Shown here: one piece after another, positions 1 through 12,254 of the stretch | How the letters are laid out: every line of letters starts with the position of its first letter | How positions within the stretch are numbered: the stretch's first letter is position 1 | Assembly: GCA_963829945.1 (NCBI GenBank) | Contig: CAWHKH010000015.1 | Location: forward strand, 10,621 to 74,620 | Source: an uncultured Actinomycetota bacterium | GTDB lineage: Bacteria; Actinomycetota; Actinomycetes; Mycobacteriales; Nakamurellaceae | Length of the DNA stretch: 64,000 bases | Direction of reading: 5' to 3' | Position numbers and translations under genes: made by a program | Notes under the pieces: model-generated | What the model was told of the DNA's origin: nothing | Database searches by the model: none | Seen by the model: the letters and a program-made list of their open reading frames with translations, nothing else

Positions 1-1202
1 TCGCTCGGGCCGAAGAGCGCGTCTGCGGGTGCCGGACCCACCGTGAGCACGACGCTCTCGATGCCGCGCCGGGTGAGCAGCCGCTCGTCGCACGCCGCGG
101 TCAGCAGCCGGCCCCACGACGTCGCGGTGGCGTACCCCGTCAGCAGCCGGAGGTCGGGGGCAGCGCCGTCGCCGTCGCGGCCGAACGCCGCGACCACCGC
201 CTGCGTCGCGGGGTTCTCGGACCCGGCGGCAGGCGTCGGCAGGCCGATCAGCACCTTGCCGACCGCGGCCTGTGCGTCCGCGCTCCACGCCGTGGGCCGG
301 TACGCGTCCGGCAGCAGCACCACCGGCTGCGCCGCCGGCGCCGCCTGCACCACCCGGCCCGCATCGTCGGCGCCGACCAGCGCGACCACCGCCGTTGCCG
401 CGCCCCAGGCGGCCAGCGCGGTGCCCACGGGATCCGCGGCGCCCGGGGTGGACGGCGCCGGATCGGCGGACGCCGGCGCGGCGCGCAGGTCAACGGCGAC
501 GTCCCACCGGTCCGCCCACCAAAGCACCCCCGCGACGGCGTTGCGGGCCGTCGGCGAGTCGTCGGTGAGGACGCCGATGGTGTCGCCCTCGCGGAGCCGC
601 CCGGCGTCGCGCAGGTGGTCCAGCACCGTGATCACCAGGACGTCGTCGGTGGCGCCGACGATGATCGGACGGTCGGGACCGAGCTGCTCCGAGGTGCCCT
701 CGGAGGTCAGCGCCGGGATCTGGTCGGCCGCGATCCTGCTGTTCAGCGCGCCGATCTCGGCGGCGCCCGGCAGCGTCAGCAAGCCGAGGCTGTTCAGCCC
801 GACGGTGTCGTAGGCGTCGAGCGGGTCGGCGGGCAGCCCGCTGCGCCCGTTGCCGATCAGCTCGACGGTGCGGCCGCAGATGCCGCCGGAGTTGTTGATC
901 GAGGTGCGCCACAGCTCGACGCCCTGGCTGAATCCCCGGTCCCGCTCGGGGTCGACCAGCAGGCCAAGGGTGATGGACTCGTCGGTGACGCCCGGTCCGG
1001 TGCTGAGCCCGTCGGGCGTGACGGGCACGATCGACGCCGAGGTGACGACGGCGGTGGTGGCCGGGCTCGGCTGCGCGGCCGTCGGGCTCGCCACCGATCC
1101 GTCCGTGGTGCAGCCGGCGAGCAGCACCGCCCCCAGCAGGCACGCGAACGCGACCCCCGGCACGCACCCGCGCGCCGCCGGCGCCGTCGCACGCGCTCGC
1201 AC
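1..1202 (-). CDS. ABC-type substrate-binding lipoprotein (branched-chain amino acid/PBP1-like), 3' end beyond window
   Basis: Missing from the ORF track because it runs off the edge. Manual translation from GTG 1202 gives lipobox LLAGC, then GPGVTDESITLG...NNSGGICGRTVEL, typical of Leu/Ile/Val-binding-like proteins. Confidence 0.7.
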   Translation of the reverse strand, partial: MRARATAPAARGCVPGVAFACLLGAVLLAGCTTDGSVASPTAAQPSPATTAVVTSASIVPVTPDGLSTGPGVTDESITLGLLVDPERDRGFSQGVELWRTSINNSGGICGRTVELIGNGRSGLPADPLDAYDTVGLNSLGLLTLPGAAEIGALNSRIAADQIPALTSEGTSEQLGPDRPIIVGATDDVLVITVLDHLRDAGRLREGDTIGVLTDDSPTARNAVAGVLWWADRWDVAVDLRAAPASADPAPSTPGAADPVGTALAAWGAATAVVALVGADDAGRVVQAAPAAQPVVLLPDAYRPTAWSADAQAAVGKVLIGLPTPAAGSENPATQAVVAAFGRDGDGAAPDLRLLTGYATATSWGRLLTAACDERLLTRRGIESVVLTVGPAPADALFGPS

Positions 1203-1376
1203 CGGCTCACGCTACCGGCGACTCGTTCAGCCCTGCGGCGCAGCCGGATCAGACTTCGGAGGGTGATCCCGCCGCCCGTCGCGGGGTCGGCACTGGCCCT
1301 GACGGGTGGCAAGATGGGGCCAAGCACCTGCGGTGCGTGAGCAAGATCAGCGCGGAACGCGCCGAGGAGGGATTGG

Positions 1377-4300
1377 ATGCGGCTGCGCCGGTTCGTGCCG
1401 CGAGCCCGTCCCCTCGCCATCATCGCCCTCGCGGCGGCGCTGGTCGCTACCGTCGTCGTGGCCTGGCGCCAGCCGGGGTTCGCGCAGGTGCCGCCGCTGC
1501 GGGACGACCGCGCCGTCTGGGTGGTCAACGATGCGCGGCTGCTCGTCGGGCGGGTCAACACCCTGATCGGTGAGCTGGATTCCGCAGCCCTCACCCGCGG
1601 CGTCTCCGAGGTGCTGCAGGACCCGGTCGGATCCGGCTCCGGGTCGGTCGTGGTCGTCGACCAGGCCGAGCACGAGCTCCAGCTGCTGGACACCCGGTCG
1701 GTCACATTCGGGACCAGGGTGACGATCCCGAACGACGCGTCGGTCCGGCTCGGCGGCGGCACCCTCGCCGTGGCCGACCCAGCCGACGGCCGGCTCTGGG
1801 TGGGCACCGCCGACGCGATCGAAACCGTGGACGCGATAGCGGTTCCCGAGACCGCGACGACCGACGGGCAGGTGGTGGTCGCGGTCTCCCTCGACGGCAC
1901 GGCCGTCGCCGCCGCGCCCGGCGGCGACTCCGTGCTCGCCGTGCGCCCCGGGGCCGAGCCGCTCACCTCTCCGGTTCCGGGCGGCCCGCTCTCGCTCGGC
2001 GGACTCGACCCCGGCAGCGCGCTGCAGGTCACCACGGTCGGGGCGACACCGGTGCTGCTGGACGGCGGCGACGGCACCCTGCGGCTGCCGGCCGGCCGGG
2101 TCGCGCTGCCGGACCCGGCGGGCGCCGTGCTGCAACAGCCGGGCCCGGCGGCCGACGCCGTGATCGTGTCGACGCCGCGGGCCGTGCTGTCCGTGGGTCT
2201 CGCGGACGGGGCGGTGAGCACGCTGGCCGAGCTGCCGGCGGCGATCCCGGGCGCGGCCGCCCCGGTGGTCGTGAAGGAGTGCGTCTACGCCGGCTGGACC
2301 GGGCAGGGCATGGCCGTCTGCGCCGGCAGCCCGGCGATGCGCACCGAGCTCGCCCGCGGCGCCGTCGCCCAGCCGGCGTTCCAGCGGCGCGGCTCCGCCG
2401 TGGTGCTCACCGATCACCGCACGGGCCGGTCGTGGATCGCCGACGCCGGCTTCCGACCGGTGGACAACTGGGCGGACGTGGCGCCGCCCGACCCGTCGGT
2501 CGACGATTCGGCCACCGTCGACGATCCGACGACCACCTCGGAGCTGCCGCGGCTGCCACCGGACTGCACCGCCGTGCCGATCGGCGCGCCGTCCGCGGCC
2601 GACGACGAATTGGGCGTCCGCGCGGACCGCGCGACGGTGCTGCGGGTGCTGGACAACGACCCGAGCGTGGACTGCACGAGCGTGGTGATCAGCGCGGTGA
2701 CGCCGCTGTCACCCGAGTCCGGACACGTCGCGATTGTCGCCGGGGGCAGCGCGATCCAGGTGACCCCCGCGCCAGGTGTGACGGGCGGCCTGCCGCCGAT
2801 CGAGTACACCGTGGACAACGGCGTGGGTGCCACGGCGACCGCGCGGGTGCTCGTCTCGGTCGTGCCGCCCGAGATCACCCCCGCGCCGCAGCGCGTCCGG
2901 CGGTCCGCGATCACCGTCGAGGAGAACGGCACGGCGACCTACAACGTGCTGGACGACTACTTCTCGCCGGCGGGTGACGACCTCTACCTCGCGTCGGCCG
3001 CCACCGACGGCGGCGACGCGCTGTCCTTCCGGCCCGACGGGACCATCACGTACCGGAACACGGGTGGTGGCGCCGGCACCGACCGTCGCGTGGAGTTCGT
3101 CGTCTCGGACGGCGTGAAGCAGGCGACCGGCACGCTGCAGGTGGCGATCGCCTCCGCCGACAGCACCACGCCGGTGGCCTACCCGGTGTTCACCAGCGCG
3201 GTCGTCGGCTCCACCGCGACGGCCGCCCCGCTGCGCAGCGTCTCCAGCGGGTCGCCGCAGCCGATCGTCATCCGCGCGCTGCAGCCGGAACCGGGCAGCG
3301 AGGGCACCACGACCCGGGTGCAGCCGGACGGCACCGTGCAGATCACGGCGCCCGGCGCCGGGTCGTTCTACTTCACCTTCGAGACGGCGACCGGCGGGCG
3401 GGCCGTGACGGGCGTGCTCCGCGCCGACTTCGTCGAGCCGAGCGCCCAGTCCAGGGCCGTGGTGCCGATGGCCGACGTCGCCTACCTGCCGGCCGGCGGG
3501 ACGGTGCTGGTCGACCCGCTGGCCAACGACACCGACCCGGACGGCCAGGGCCTCGCGGTCCGCGACATCGTGCTGCCGGCGGACGCGCCGATCGCCGCGT
3601 CCGTGCTCGACCTGCACCTCGTGCAGGTCTCGGCGCCGAGGGCAGTGTCGCGGGGCGTGGCGTTCGACTACGCGGTGTTCGACGGCGCCAGCACCCAGCG
3701 CGGCCAGATCCGGGTCGTCCCCGTCCCCGCGCCGCAGCAGATCCCGCCGCCCGTTGCCGCCCCGATCGCGGCGAGTGTGCGCGCGGGCGATGCGGTCTCG
3801 ATCGACGTCGACCGATTCGCCTCGTCCCAGGACGGCTCCGCCGTCACCGCCGAGCTGGACGCCGCCCAGGTCGAAGCGCTGCCCGGCCGGGCGTTCTCCA
3901 CCGGCGAGCAGATCCGCTACTTCGCGCCCGCGGACCAGCCGCCGGGCCGGGTCACCTTCAGCTACGTCGCCGTGGCGGCCAGCAGCACCGCGCTGGCGCC
4001 GGTGCAGACCGTCAGCACGGTGACGATCACGGTCACCGACCCGGATCCCGCCCGCAACGCCGCCCCGGCCGAGCCGCCGCCGGCGACCGCGCGGGTGTTC
4101 GCCGGCGGGTCCATCTCGATCTCGGCGCCGCTCGACGGGATCGACCCGGACGGGGACTGGGTGACGCTGCAGTCGCTCGCGCAGCCGGACGCGCCGCTCG
4201 GCGAGGTGACGATCGGCGGCGCGGACATGTTGTCCTACACCGCGTTCGGCACGGCCGGCGTCGACCGCCTGCGGTACGTCGCCACGGACACCCTCGGCGC

Positions 4301-7300
4301 GACCGTCACCGGGGATGATCACGGTGCTCGTGGTCGAGCCGGGCGACTCGGCGCGGCCGCCGGTCGCCCCGGACATCGCCGTGGCGGTCCGGCCGGGCGC
4401 CTCCATCCGGATCGACCCGCTCAGCGTCGTCGCGGACCCGGGCGGCCAGCGAGTGACGCTGGGCTCGCCGCCGTTCGTCGCATCGCCGGGCCTGGACGTG
4501 CAGCTGGACGGGCAGAGCTTCATCGTGACCGCGCCGCCGGAACCGACCGTGGCGACGCTGCGCTATTCGGTGGTGAACGCGAAGCGGTTGCGGGCCACCG
4601 GTTCCGTGGAGATCACCGTGTCCCCGGACGCGCCGCTCGCCCCGCCGCTGGCATCCGATGTGTTCGTCCGGCCCGCGGACCTGTCCGCGTCCGCGCGCAC
4701 GGTCGACGTCGACGTGTCGGGCGCGGTGCTGAACCGCAGCGGCCGGACCGCCGACCTCACCGTCTCCGTGGACCCGCTGTCGGCCGCGCAGGCGGTCATG
4801 GCCGCGCCGCAGATCGTCCGCGTCACGGTGACGGCCAGCCGGCAGATCGTCGCCTACCGGGTCACGGACCGGTACGGGGCGACGGCCATCGCGTTCATCG
4901 TGGTGCCGCCGCAGGAGCAGCTGGTCGGCCCGCAGCTCATCGCGGGCGTCGGCCCGATCCGGGTGGACGCCGGGCAGAGCGTCGACGTCGCGATCGCCGA
5001 CTTCGTCACGGTCGGCGGCGGCGGCGAGCCGGTCATCGCGGCGAACCCGCCGCTGCGGGCGACGCAGGGCACGGCGACGCGGACCTCGGGCTCGACGCTG
5101 ACCCTCAGCGCGCCGACGACGGCCGGGGGGCCCGCGGCCGTCTACGTGCCGATCGACGACGGCACGGGCGTCGTCACCGTGCTCGCCGTGCCCGCGGAGA
5201 TCGTGCCGCGGCTCGTCCCGCCGCCGCGCCTGGACTCGACCGATCTCGCCGTCGAGGCGGGCACCACGGGCACCGTCGACCTGGCCGCGCTCACCACGAC
5301 CTACGACGACCTGCAGGAGTCCTCGCTGCGCTACGCCATCGGCCAGGCGACCGACGGGATCCAGGCGACCATCCAGAACGGCGTCGTCACCGTCGCGGTG
5401 CGACCCGACGTGCCGCGGGGGACGTCCGCGGCGATCCCGATCGAGGTGCGGGACGGCGACGGCCGGGACGGCCGGGCCACGCTGGCCGTCACGGTGACCG
5501 GCTCCCGCCTGCCGCTGCCGACCGTGCCCGACCAGCAGGTCGGCCAGGCGCGCGGCGGCATCGAGGTGGCGGTCGACATGCTCACGGGCAGCTCCGATCC
5601 CGTCGGGCTGGGCCTCACCGTGGTGTCCGCGACCGTCGTCGACGGCGTCGGCGGCATCGCCGCCGGCCCGACCGTGGACGGCGGCATCGTCCGCCTGACC
5701 CCGGCCGTCGGTTCCGTCGGCGATATCGCCGTCGCGGTCGGGATCGGCGACGGCACCAGGGATCCCGAGCGGGTCGTGACCGCGACCCTGCGGGTGTCCA
5801 TCCAGGACCGGCCGTCCGCGCCCGGCACCCCCGGCGTCGTCGACGGCACCACCACCGCGACCGGGGTGCAGCTGGTGTGGGAGCCCGCCGATGCCAACGG
5901 GTCCGCGATCACCGGCTACACCGTGCAGGGCGGCGGCATCAGCCGGGACTGCCCCGGGTCCCAGACCTCCTGTGTCATCGACGGTCTCGTGCCGGGCCGG
6001 CCCTACGTGTTCGTGGTCACCGCGACGAACGGGGTGGGCTCGTCGAACCCGTCGCCGCCGTCGACGGCGATCGTGCCCGACGCCGCCCCGGCGCCGCCCG
6101 CCGCGCCGACCGTGCAGTACGTGCGGCGCGGGGCCCTGCAGGTCGCATGGACGCCGCCGACGGGGGACTTCACGCCGGTCACCGCGAGCGCCGTGCAGGT
6201 GCTGCGGAACGGCGTGCCCGCGCAGGCGATCGAGGGTGCGGCCAGCCCGCTGGTGCTCGACGGACTGGAATCCGCTGCGGCGTACAGCTTCCAGGTGCGG
6301 GCGAGCAATCGGGCCGGCACCGGCGACTTCTCGGCCCCGTCCGCCGCGGTCGTCCCGTCCGGCGTGCCGAGCGCGCCGAGCGCGCTGGCCGCCGACTTCG
6401 TGTACGACGGCGCCCGGCGGTCCGTCGACATCCGCTGGGCAGCACCGCAGGACGACGGCGGCGAGCCGGTCCTGGGCTATCGGGTGGTGATCAACAACGT
6501 GGAGACCGCCTCGGGTGGACCGGGTTTCCTCGCCACCTCGGTGGACATCGGGCCCGACCAACCGATCTCGGTGACGGTGCTCGCGCGCAACGGCCGGGGC
6601 GAGGGCCCGCCGGCCGCCCCGGTGACGGTCGCGCCGTTCGTGCGCCCGTCGGTGGTCACCGGCCTCGCCGTCAGCGCCGAGGACGGCGCGCTCGCCGCGA
6701 CCTGGGCGCCGGCGTCGTCACCGGGACGGCCGATCGCCGAGTACCAGTACCAGCTGGACGGCGGGGGCTGGGTCGGCGCCGGCGCGGCCGCGTCGGCCCG
6801 CATCGCCGGGCTGAGCAACGGCACCACATACCAGCTCCGCGTGCGGGCCTGCAACGGCGAGCAGGGCTACCCGGAGGACGTACGGTGCGGGCCCGCATCC
6901 GAACCCGTGGCCGGCCGGCCGTTCGGCGGCCTCGCGGCGCCGACGGTCACCGCCGAGCTCGTCGAGCGCTGGAGTTCGAGCGTGCGGGTGAGCTGGACGA
7001 TCCCGGACGGCAACGGCCGGCAAGTGGCCTCCCGCACCGTCCAGATCAGCGGCGTCGGGGAGGTGGACGCCGATGCCGGATCATGGACCGGTGACATCGG
7101 CTACGGGCAGCAGGTGAGCGCCACAGTGACGTACTGCGTGACCGACCCGGACGAGTGCCGGACCGCCACCGCGCAGAGCCCGACGACCGCCACGCCCGTC
7201 GCGTTCGGCGTGGTCGGTCCGCCGCCGCTGGCGGGCACCTGCCGGCAGTTGCCGCCCCAGGGCGGGGCGTGGGTGGACCAGCCCGCCTGCCCGGCCGGGG

Positions 7301-7497
7301 ACTGGGTGCCCGCCGGCCAGCCGGTGCAGGCCATGTGTGCGGCCGGCGGGCCCGCCTACCCACAGAGCCCGCCGCCGGGCACCGAGCCGCCCCCGCCGCC
7401 GCCACCGGACATCAGCGACTGGGTGTTCGCCGCGGACGGCTACTGGTACCGCGCCCCCGCGCTGGACGGATCACCCGCCGCGTTGCCACCCTGTTGA
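1377..7497 (+). CDS. Giant (~2040 aa) membrane-anchored Ig-like/cadherin-like and fibronectin type III repeat protein, one frameshift at ~4311-4314
   Basis: N-terminal hydrophobic anchor and repeats such as VLDND and DPLANDTDPDG in ORF 1377. Coding continues in ORF 4315..7497 with FN3 repeats (W..P..NGSAITGY.V; Y.F.V.A.N..G). One extra G in GGGG joins the frames. Confidence 0.85.
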
Positions 7498-7513
7498 GCC
7501 GCAGACCGTTGAC

Positions 7514-8574
7514 ATGAAGGACACCCCAGCTGTGGAGACCAGCACCGCCCCCCGAACCCGGCCCGACCGCCCGGCCGCCGCGCCGCAGTCCGTCCCCGGC
7601 GCCCTGCCCGAGATCCTGTCGGGCGAGGAGGCGACGGCGTTCGCCGAGCAGTTCGAGTCGGTCGTCGTGAACATCGGCCGGGTGCTCATCGGCAAGCCCG
7701 ACGCCATCCGGCTGACGCTGATCTGCCTGCTCTCCGAGGGACACCTGCTGCTCGAGGACGTGCCCGGCACCGGCAAGACCACGCTGGCCAAGGCGCTCGC
7801 CACGTCGGTGAGCGGCACCACGTCGCGCATCCAGTTCACCCCGGATCTGCTGCCGTCGGACGTCACCGGGGTCACCATCTACGACCAGTCGCTCGGCGCG
7901 TTCGAGTTCCACCCTGGGCCGGTCTTCGCGAGCATCGTGCTCGCCGACGAGATCAACCGCGCCTCGCCCAAGACGCAGTCCGCCCTGCTCGAGGTGATGG
8001 AGGAGTCGGCGGTGACGGTGGACGGGGTGACCCGCGAGGTCGGGCCGCCGTTCATGGTGATCGGCACGCAGAACCCGGTCGAGCAGGCAGGCACCTACCG
8101 GCTGCCGGAGGCGCAGCTCGACCGGTTCCTGCTGAAGACCGGGATCGGGCACCCCGACCCCGACGCCGCGCTGGCCATCCTCGCCCAGGTCGGCACCCGG
8201 TCCAGCCGGCCGCAGGTCCAGCCGCTGCTCACCCCGGCCGCCGTGCAGGAGCTGGTGCGGGCCGCCTCCCGGGTGTACGTCGACCCGTCGATCCTGCGGT
8301 ACATCACTCGGTGGTGGCCGCGACCCGGACCGCGCCGGGGGTGTCCCTCGGCGTCTCGCAGCGCGGCGCCATCGCGCTGCTCCGCACGAGCAAGACGCTC
8401 GCCGCGTCCAGGGGCCGGCACTTCGTCACCCCCGACGAGGTGAAGGCCCTCGCCGAACCCGCGCTGGCGCATCGCATCTCGATCGAGGCCGAGGCCGAGT
8501 TCAACGGCCTGACCGCGACCGAGGTGATCGCCCAGGTGCTCGGCGAGCTGCCGCCACCGCGGAGCGGCGGCTGA
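7514..8574 (+). CDS. MoxR-family AAA+ ATPase, frameshift at ~8308
   Basis: EDVPGTGKT (Walker A), RIQFTPDLLPSDVTG, LADEINR, TQNP.EQAGTYRLPEAQLDRF. C-terminus (GVSQRG...LAHRI) lies in ORF 8311..8574. Confidence 0.92.
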
Positions 8575-8580
8575 GCTGCC

Positions 8581-9909
8581 GTGACCGCGACCCCCGAGAC
8601 GTCCACCGGGCCCTCCGCCGCGCCGCCGCCGCACCAGGTGCCGGCCGAGGCGGGGGTGACCCATGTCGGCGTCGGCGCGCGCGAGGCCAGGGAGGCCGCC
8701 GCGCTGCGGGAGATCGGGACCGACACCAGCACCACGTCGCGGGTGCGGGCGCTGTGGCGGGCGGTGACCGTGCGCGGCCGCGCCGCGGTCGTGATCGCTG
8801 CGTGCGCCGGGCTGCTCGCCTGGCTCACCGGCTGGCGCGAGTGGACGGTGGTCGCCGTCGCGGCCACGCTGCTGCTGGCCGGCGCGCTGGTCACGGCGCT
8901 GGGCCGATCCTCGTGCGCCGCGGCGGTCGACCTGCCGCAGCACCGCTTCGTCGTCGGTGAGCCGGGCGCGGTCACGATGCAGCTCCGGAACACGTCGACC
9001 CGGCGCATGTTGCCGCTGCGTATCGAGGTCGAGGTGGCGGGGGAGTCGGTCGCCGTGCGGGTGCCGTCGCTGGGCGGCGGCCGCACCCACCGCGTGCAGA
9101 TCCCGCTGCCGACCGCGCGCCGGGCGGTGGTGCCCATCGGCCCGCTGCGCGCCGTCCGCGGCGACGTCTTCGGGCTGATCCGCCGGGTCGTGCAGTGGCC
9201 GCTGTCCGAGCACGTGTACGTGCACCCGCGGACCGTCCGGCCGTCCCGCGGGCTGCCCGGCTTCGTGCGCGACCTCGAGGGCGTCGAGTCCACGCTGCGC
9301 GCCGCGAGCGACCTCAGCTTCCACGCGCTGCGCGAGTACGTGCCCGGCGACGACCGGCGGTTCATCCACTGGAAGTCGACGGCCCGGAACCAGACCCTGC
9401 AGGTGCGCGAGTTCCTGCAGACCCATCGCTCCCTCGTCGTGGTGGTGCTGTCCGGCAGCCCGTCCGACTTCGCCACCGACGACGAGTTCGAGCTCGCCGT
9501 CAGCTGCGCCGCGTCCGTCGTCGCCGAGCTGGTCCGGCACCGCCGCGACGTGGAGACCATCGGCGCCGGCGCGGCCATCCGCGGCGTGACGGCGGACGGC
9601 GTGCTCGACCGGTTCAGCGCCGTCGAGCTGGAGCCGAGCGGGCACGGGTTGGTGTTCGAGACCCGCAGGGCGGTCCGGCGGCACCCGCGCGCCTCGCTGG
9701 TGATGCTGGCGTTCGGGTCGACCGTCAGCGCCGCGGCCATCCGGACCGCGCTGCGCTCCTGCCCGGCGGGCACGGGCGTGCTGCCGATCCGGGTGCGGGA
9801 CGCGGCGTCCACCGGTCCCGAGCGCCTGGCGGGCTCGGACGGCGTGGTCACGGTCTCGGATCTGGAGGAGCTGCCGCTCGCGCTGCGCCGGGCGGGGGGC
9901 GTCCAGTGA
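8581..9909 (+). CDS. DUF58 domain membrane protein (MoxR-associated)
   Basis: FHALREYVPGDDRRFIHWKSTAR motif, N-terminal TM pair, position after moxR. Confidence 0.9.
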   Translation: MTATPETSTGPSAAPPPHQVPAEAGVTHVGVGAREAREAAALREIGTDTSTTSRVRALWRAVTVRGRAAVVIAACAGLLAWLTGWREWTVVAVAATLLLAGALVTALGRSSCAAAVDLPQHRFVVGEPGAVTMQLRNTSTRRMLPLRIEVEVAGESVAVRVPSLGGGRTHRVQIPLPTARRAVVPIGPLRAVRGDVFGLIRRVVQWPLSEHVYVHPRTVRPSRGLPGFVRDLEGVESTLRAASDLSFHALREYVPGDDRRFIHWKSTARNQTLQVREFLQTHRSLVVVVLSGSPSDFATDDEFELAVSCAASVVAELVRHRRDVETIGAGAAIRGVTADGVLDRFSAVELEPSGHGLVFETRRAVRRHPRASLVMLAFGSTVSAAAIRTALRSCPAGTGVLPIRVRDAASTGPERLAGSDGVVTVSDLEELPLALRRAGGVQ

Positions 9910-12244
9910 GCGGGCGGATCCGTGGCCGCGGTCGCACCCCCGATCTGCGGGACGCTCGCCGGCCGGGCGGGCCCGGCGGGTCGACCGTGGCCACGGTGGC
10001 GCCGTGGTGGTGGCCGGCGACGGACCTCGCGGTGCTCGGTGGGCTGGTCGTGCTCGCCGCCACCCTGCTGCTGCCCGTGTACGGCTCGTCGGCGCCGGTC
10101 CTGGCCGCTGCGGCGGGGGCGGCCATCTCGGCCGTTGCCGTGCTGGCCGCCCGCCGGTGGGGCATACCGGTCCTGGCCGCGCCGCTACTCGCGGCGACCG
10201 GCGTGCTCCTGGTGGGCGCCCTGATCGTCCGGCCCCGCGGCATCCCGACCGTGGTGCGCGGCGCCTTCGAGGGCTGGCGCGACATTCTCACCGTCGCTAC
10301 CCCGATCGGCGCCGGCCCCGGCCTGCTCGTGCCGCCGCTGCTGATCGCGGCCGGCGCGACGCTGGTCGCGGGCATGCTCGATCCTGCCCGCCGGCCGGCC
10401 GCCGCCCTCCTGGGCCCGCTGCTGGCGTTCCTGGCCTGCGCCGCGCTGGGCGACACGACGACGGGCCCGCTGGGGCCGGCGGCGCTCGGCGCGGTCGCCG
10501 TGCTGGCGTCCGTCGGCTGGTTCAGCTGGGTGGGCATGCGGGCGGCGCGGCTGCGCGCGGGCACCCTGTACGGCAGCCGCGCGATCGCGGTCCGGCAGAT
10601 CGTCGTCGGCGCGATCTCGCTGCTGATCGCGGCGAGCGCCGGCGCGGTCGCGGCGTACGCGGCGCCGAGCGAGCGCGTCGCGCTGCGCGCCGTCGTCCAG
10701 GCGCCGGTCGATCCCGCGGCGTTCACCAGCCCGCTCGGCGACTTCCGCCGCTACACCAAGGATGCCGCGGACGAGGTGCAGCTCCTGGTCACCGGGCTGC
10801 CCGCGGGCACCCGGCTGCGGCTGGCCGCGCTGGACGCCTACGACGGCACCCAATTCGCGGCCAGCAACGACGAGGGTCCGTTCGTGCGGATCGGCCAGCG
10901 CCGCGAGCCGCGGCTCCCCGGTCCCGCCACCACCGTCCGGGTCGAGATCGCCGGCTACACCGGCAGCTACCTGCCAGCGCCGGGCGAGTTGACCACCGTC
11001 ACCTTCGACGGCGAGCGGCCGACCGAGCTGACCGACGGGCTCCGGTACTCGGGTGTCGCGGCGACCGGTCTCGTGCCCGGCGGGCTCCGGCGCGGGAGAC
11101 AGCTACGTCGTCACGGGCGCGCCGACCGGCGCGGTCGACGTCGCGATGCCGGCAGACGCCCGCCCGGCCACGGTGCCGTTCCCCACCACGGCCCCCCTGC
11201 CGGACCTGCTCCGCGCGACGGCCGCCCGGTACGTGACGGGCGCGGTCGGGCCCGCCGCGCAGGTCGAGGCGATCCGGGCGGGCCTGGTGGCCGACGGCGT
11301 ACTTCAGCCACGGCCTCGCCGGCGAGCCGAGATCGGCCGCGGGTCACGGCCTCGACCGGATGAGCCTGATGTTGACGGGCGCCCCGATGATGGGCGACCA
11401 GGAGCAGTACGCCGCGCTGATGGCCCTGATGGTGCGGTCGATCGGGCTGCCCGCGCGGGTGGTGGTGGGGTTCGCTCCCCAGCCGGCCGCCGGCGCCGCC
11501 GGTCCGGGGTCGGCCCTGGACACGGTGCAGGTGCGCGGGTCCGACATCACGGCCTGGGTCGAGGTGCCGTTCGCCGGCCTCGGCTGGGTGCCCTTCGACG
11601 CCGCCCCCGACCCGGACAAGCCCCGCGCGGCCGTCGAGCCGCCCGCGGCCTCCGAGCGGCGGCCCGTCGGCGTCGAGGTGCCGCCCGCACTGCCGCAGTC
11701 CGACCCCGACTCGCTGGCCGCGGAGAACGCGGCGCAGCGGCCCGAGGACGACGCCCCGGACGACGCGGCGTCGCCGGCCGGCCCGTCCGGGCTCGCGCTG
11801 GCGCTGTGGATCATCGGCGGGATCGCCGCCCTGCTGCTGCTGGCCGCGCTGCCGGTGCTGCTCATCACGGGCATGAAGGCGGCCCGCCGGCGTCGGCGAC
11901 GGCGCGCCGCGACGGCAGCGGCGAAGATCACCGGCGGCTGGCAGGAGCTTCTCGACACCGCCGTGGATGCCGGCTACCGGCCGGGGCCGGGCCAGACCCG
12001 TTCCGAGGTCGCGCGGTCCGCCGACGCGGCGCTCGACCTCGAGCTGACCCAGCTCACGCCGGAGGCCGACGCCGCCGACTTCGCCGGCACCGGCGTGCCG
12101 GACCCGACCGCCGCGGAGCGCTACTGGGCGCAGGTCGACGACCGGGCGTCCGCCGTGATCGCCGGGCTCGGCCTCCGGCAGCGGTGGAAGGCCAGGCTGT
12201 CCCTGGCGTCGCTGCGCCGGCCGACGGACCGCACGCCGTCGTGA
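9906..12244 (+). CDS. Multi-pass membrane transglutaminase-like protein (catalytic Cys/His replaced), frameshifts at ~11090 and ~11300
   Basis: GTG overlaps the DUF58 stop (GTGA). Several TM helices, RLRLAALDAYDG, GDQEQYA...GLPARVVVGF, AWVEVPFAGLGWVPFD, then a C-terminal TM plus basic tail. Confidence 0.85.
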
Positions 12245-12254
12245 CCGGCCCGGA

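Noticed and set aside
4315-7094. Arg-rich C-terminal half of the 1905-aa ORF as a real domain
   Set aside because: Out-of-frame read-through after the frameshift; the FN3 frame is the coding one.
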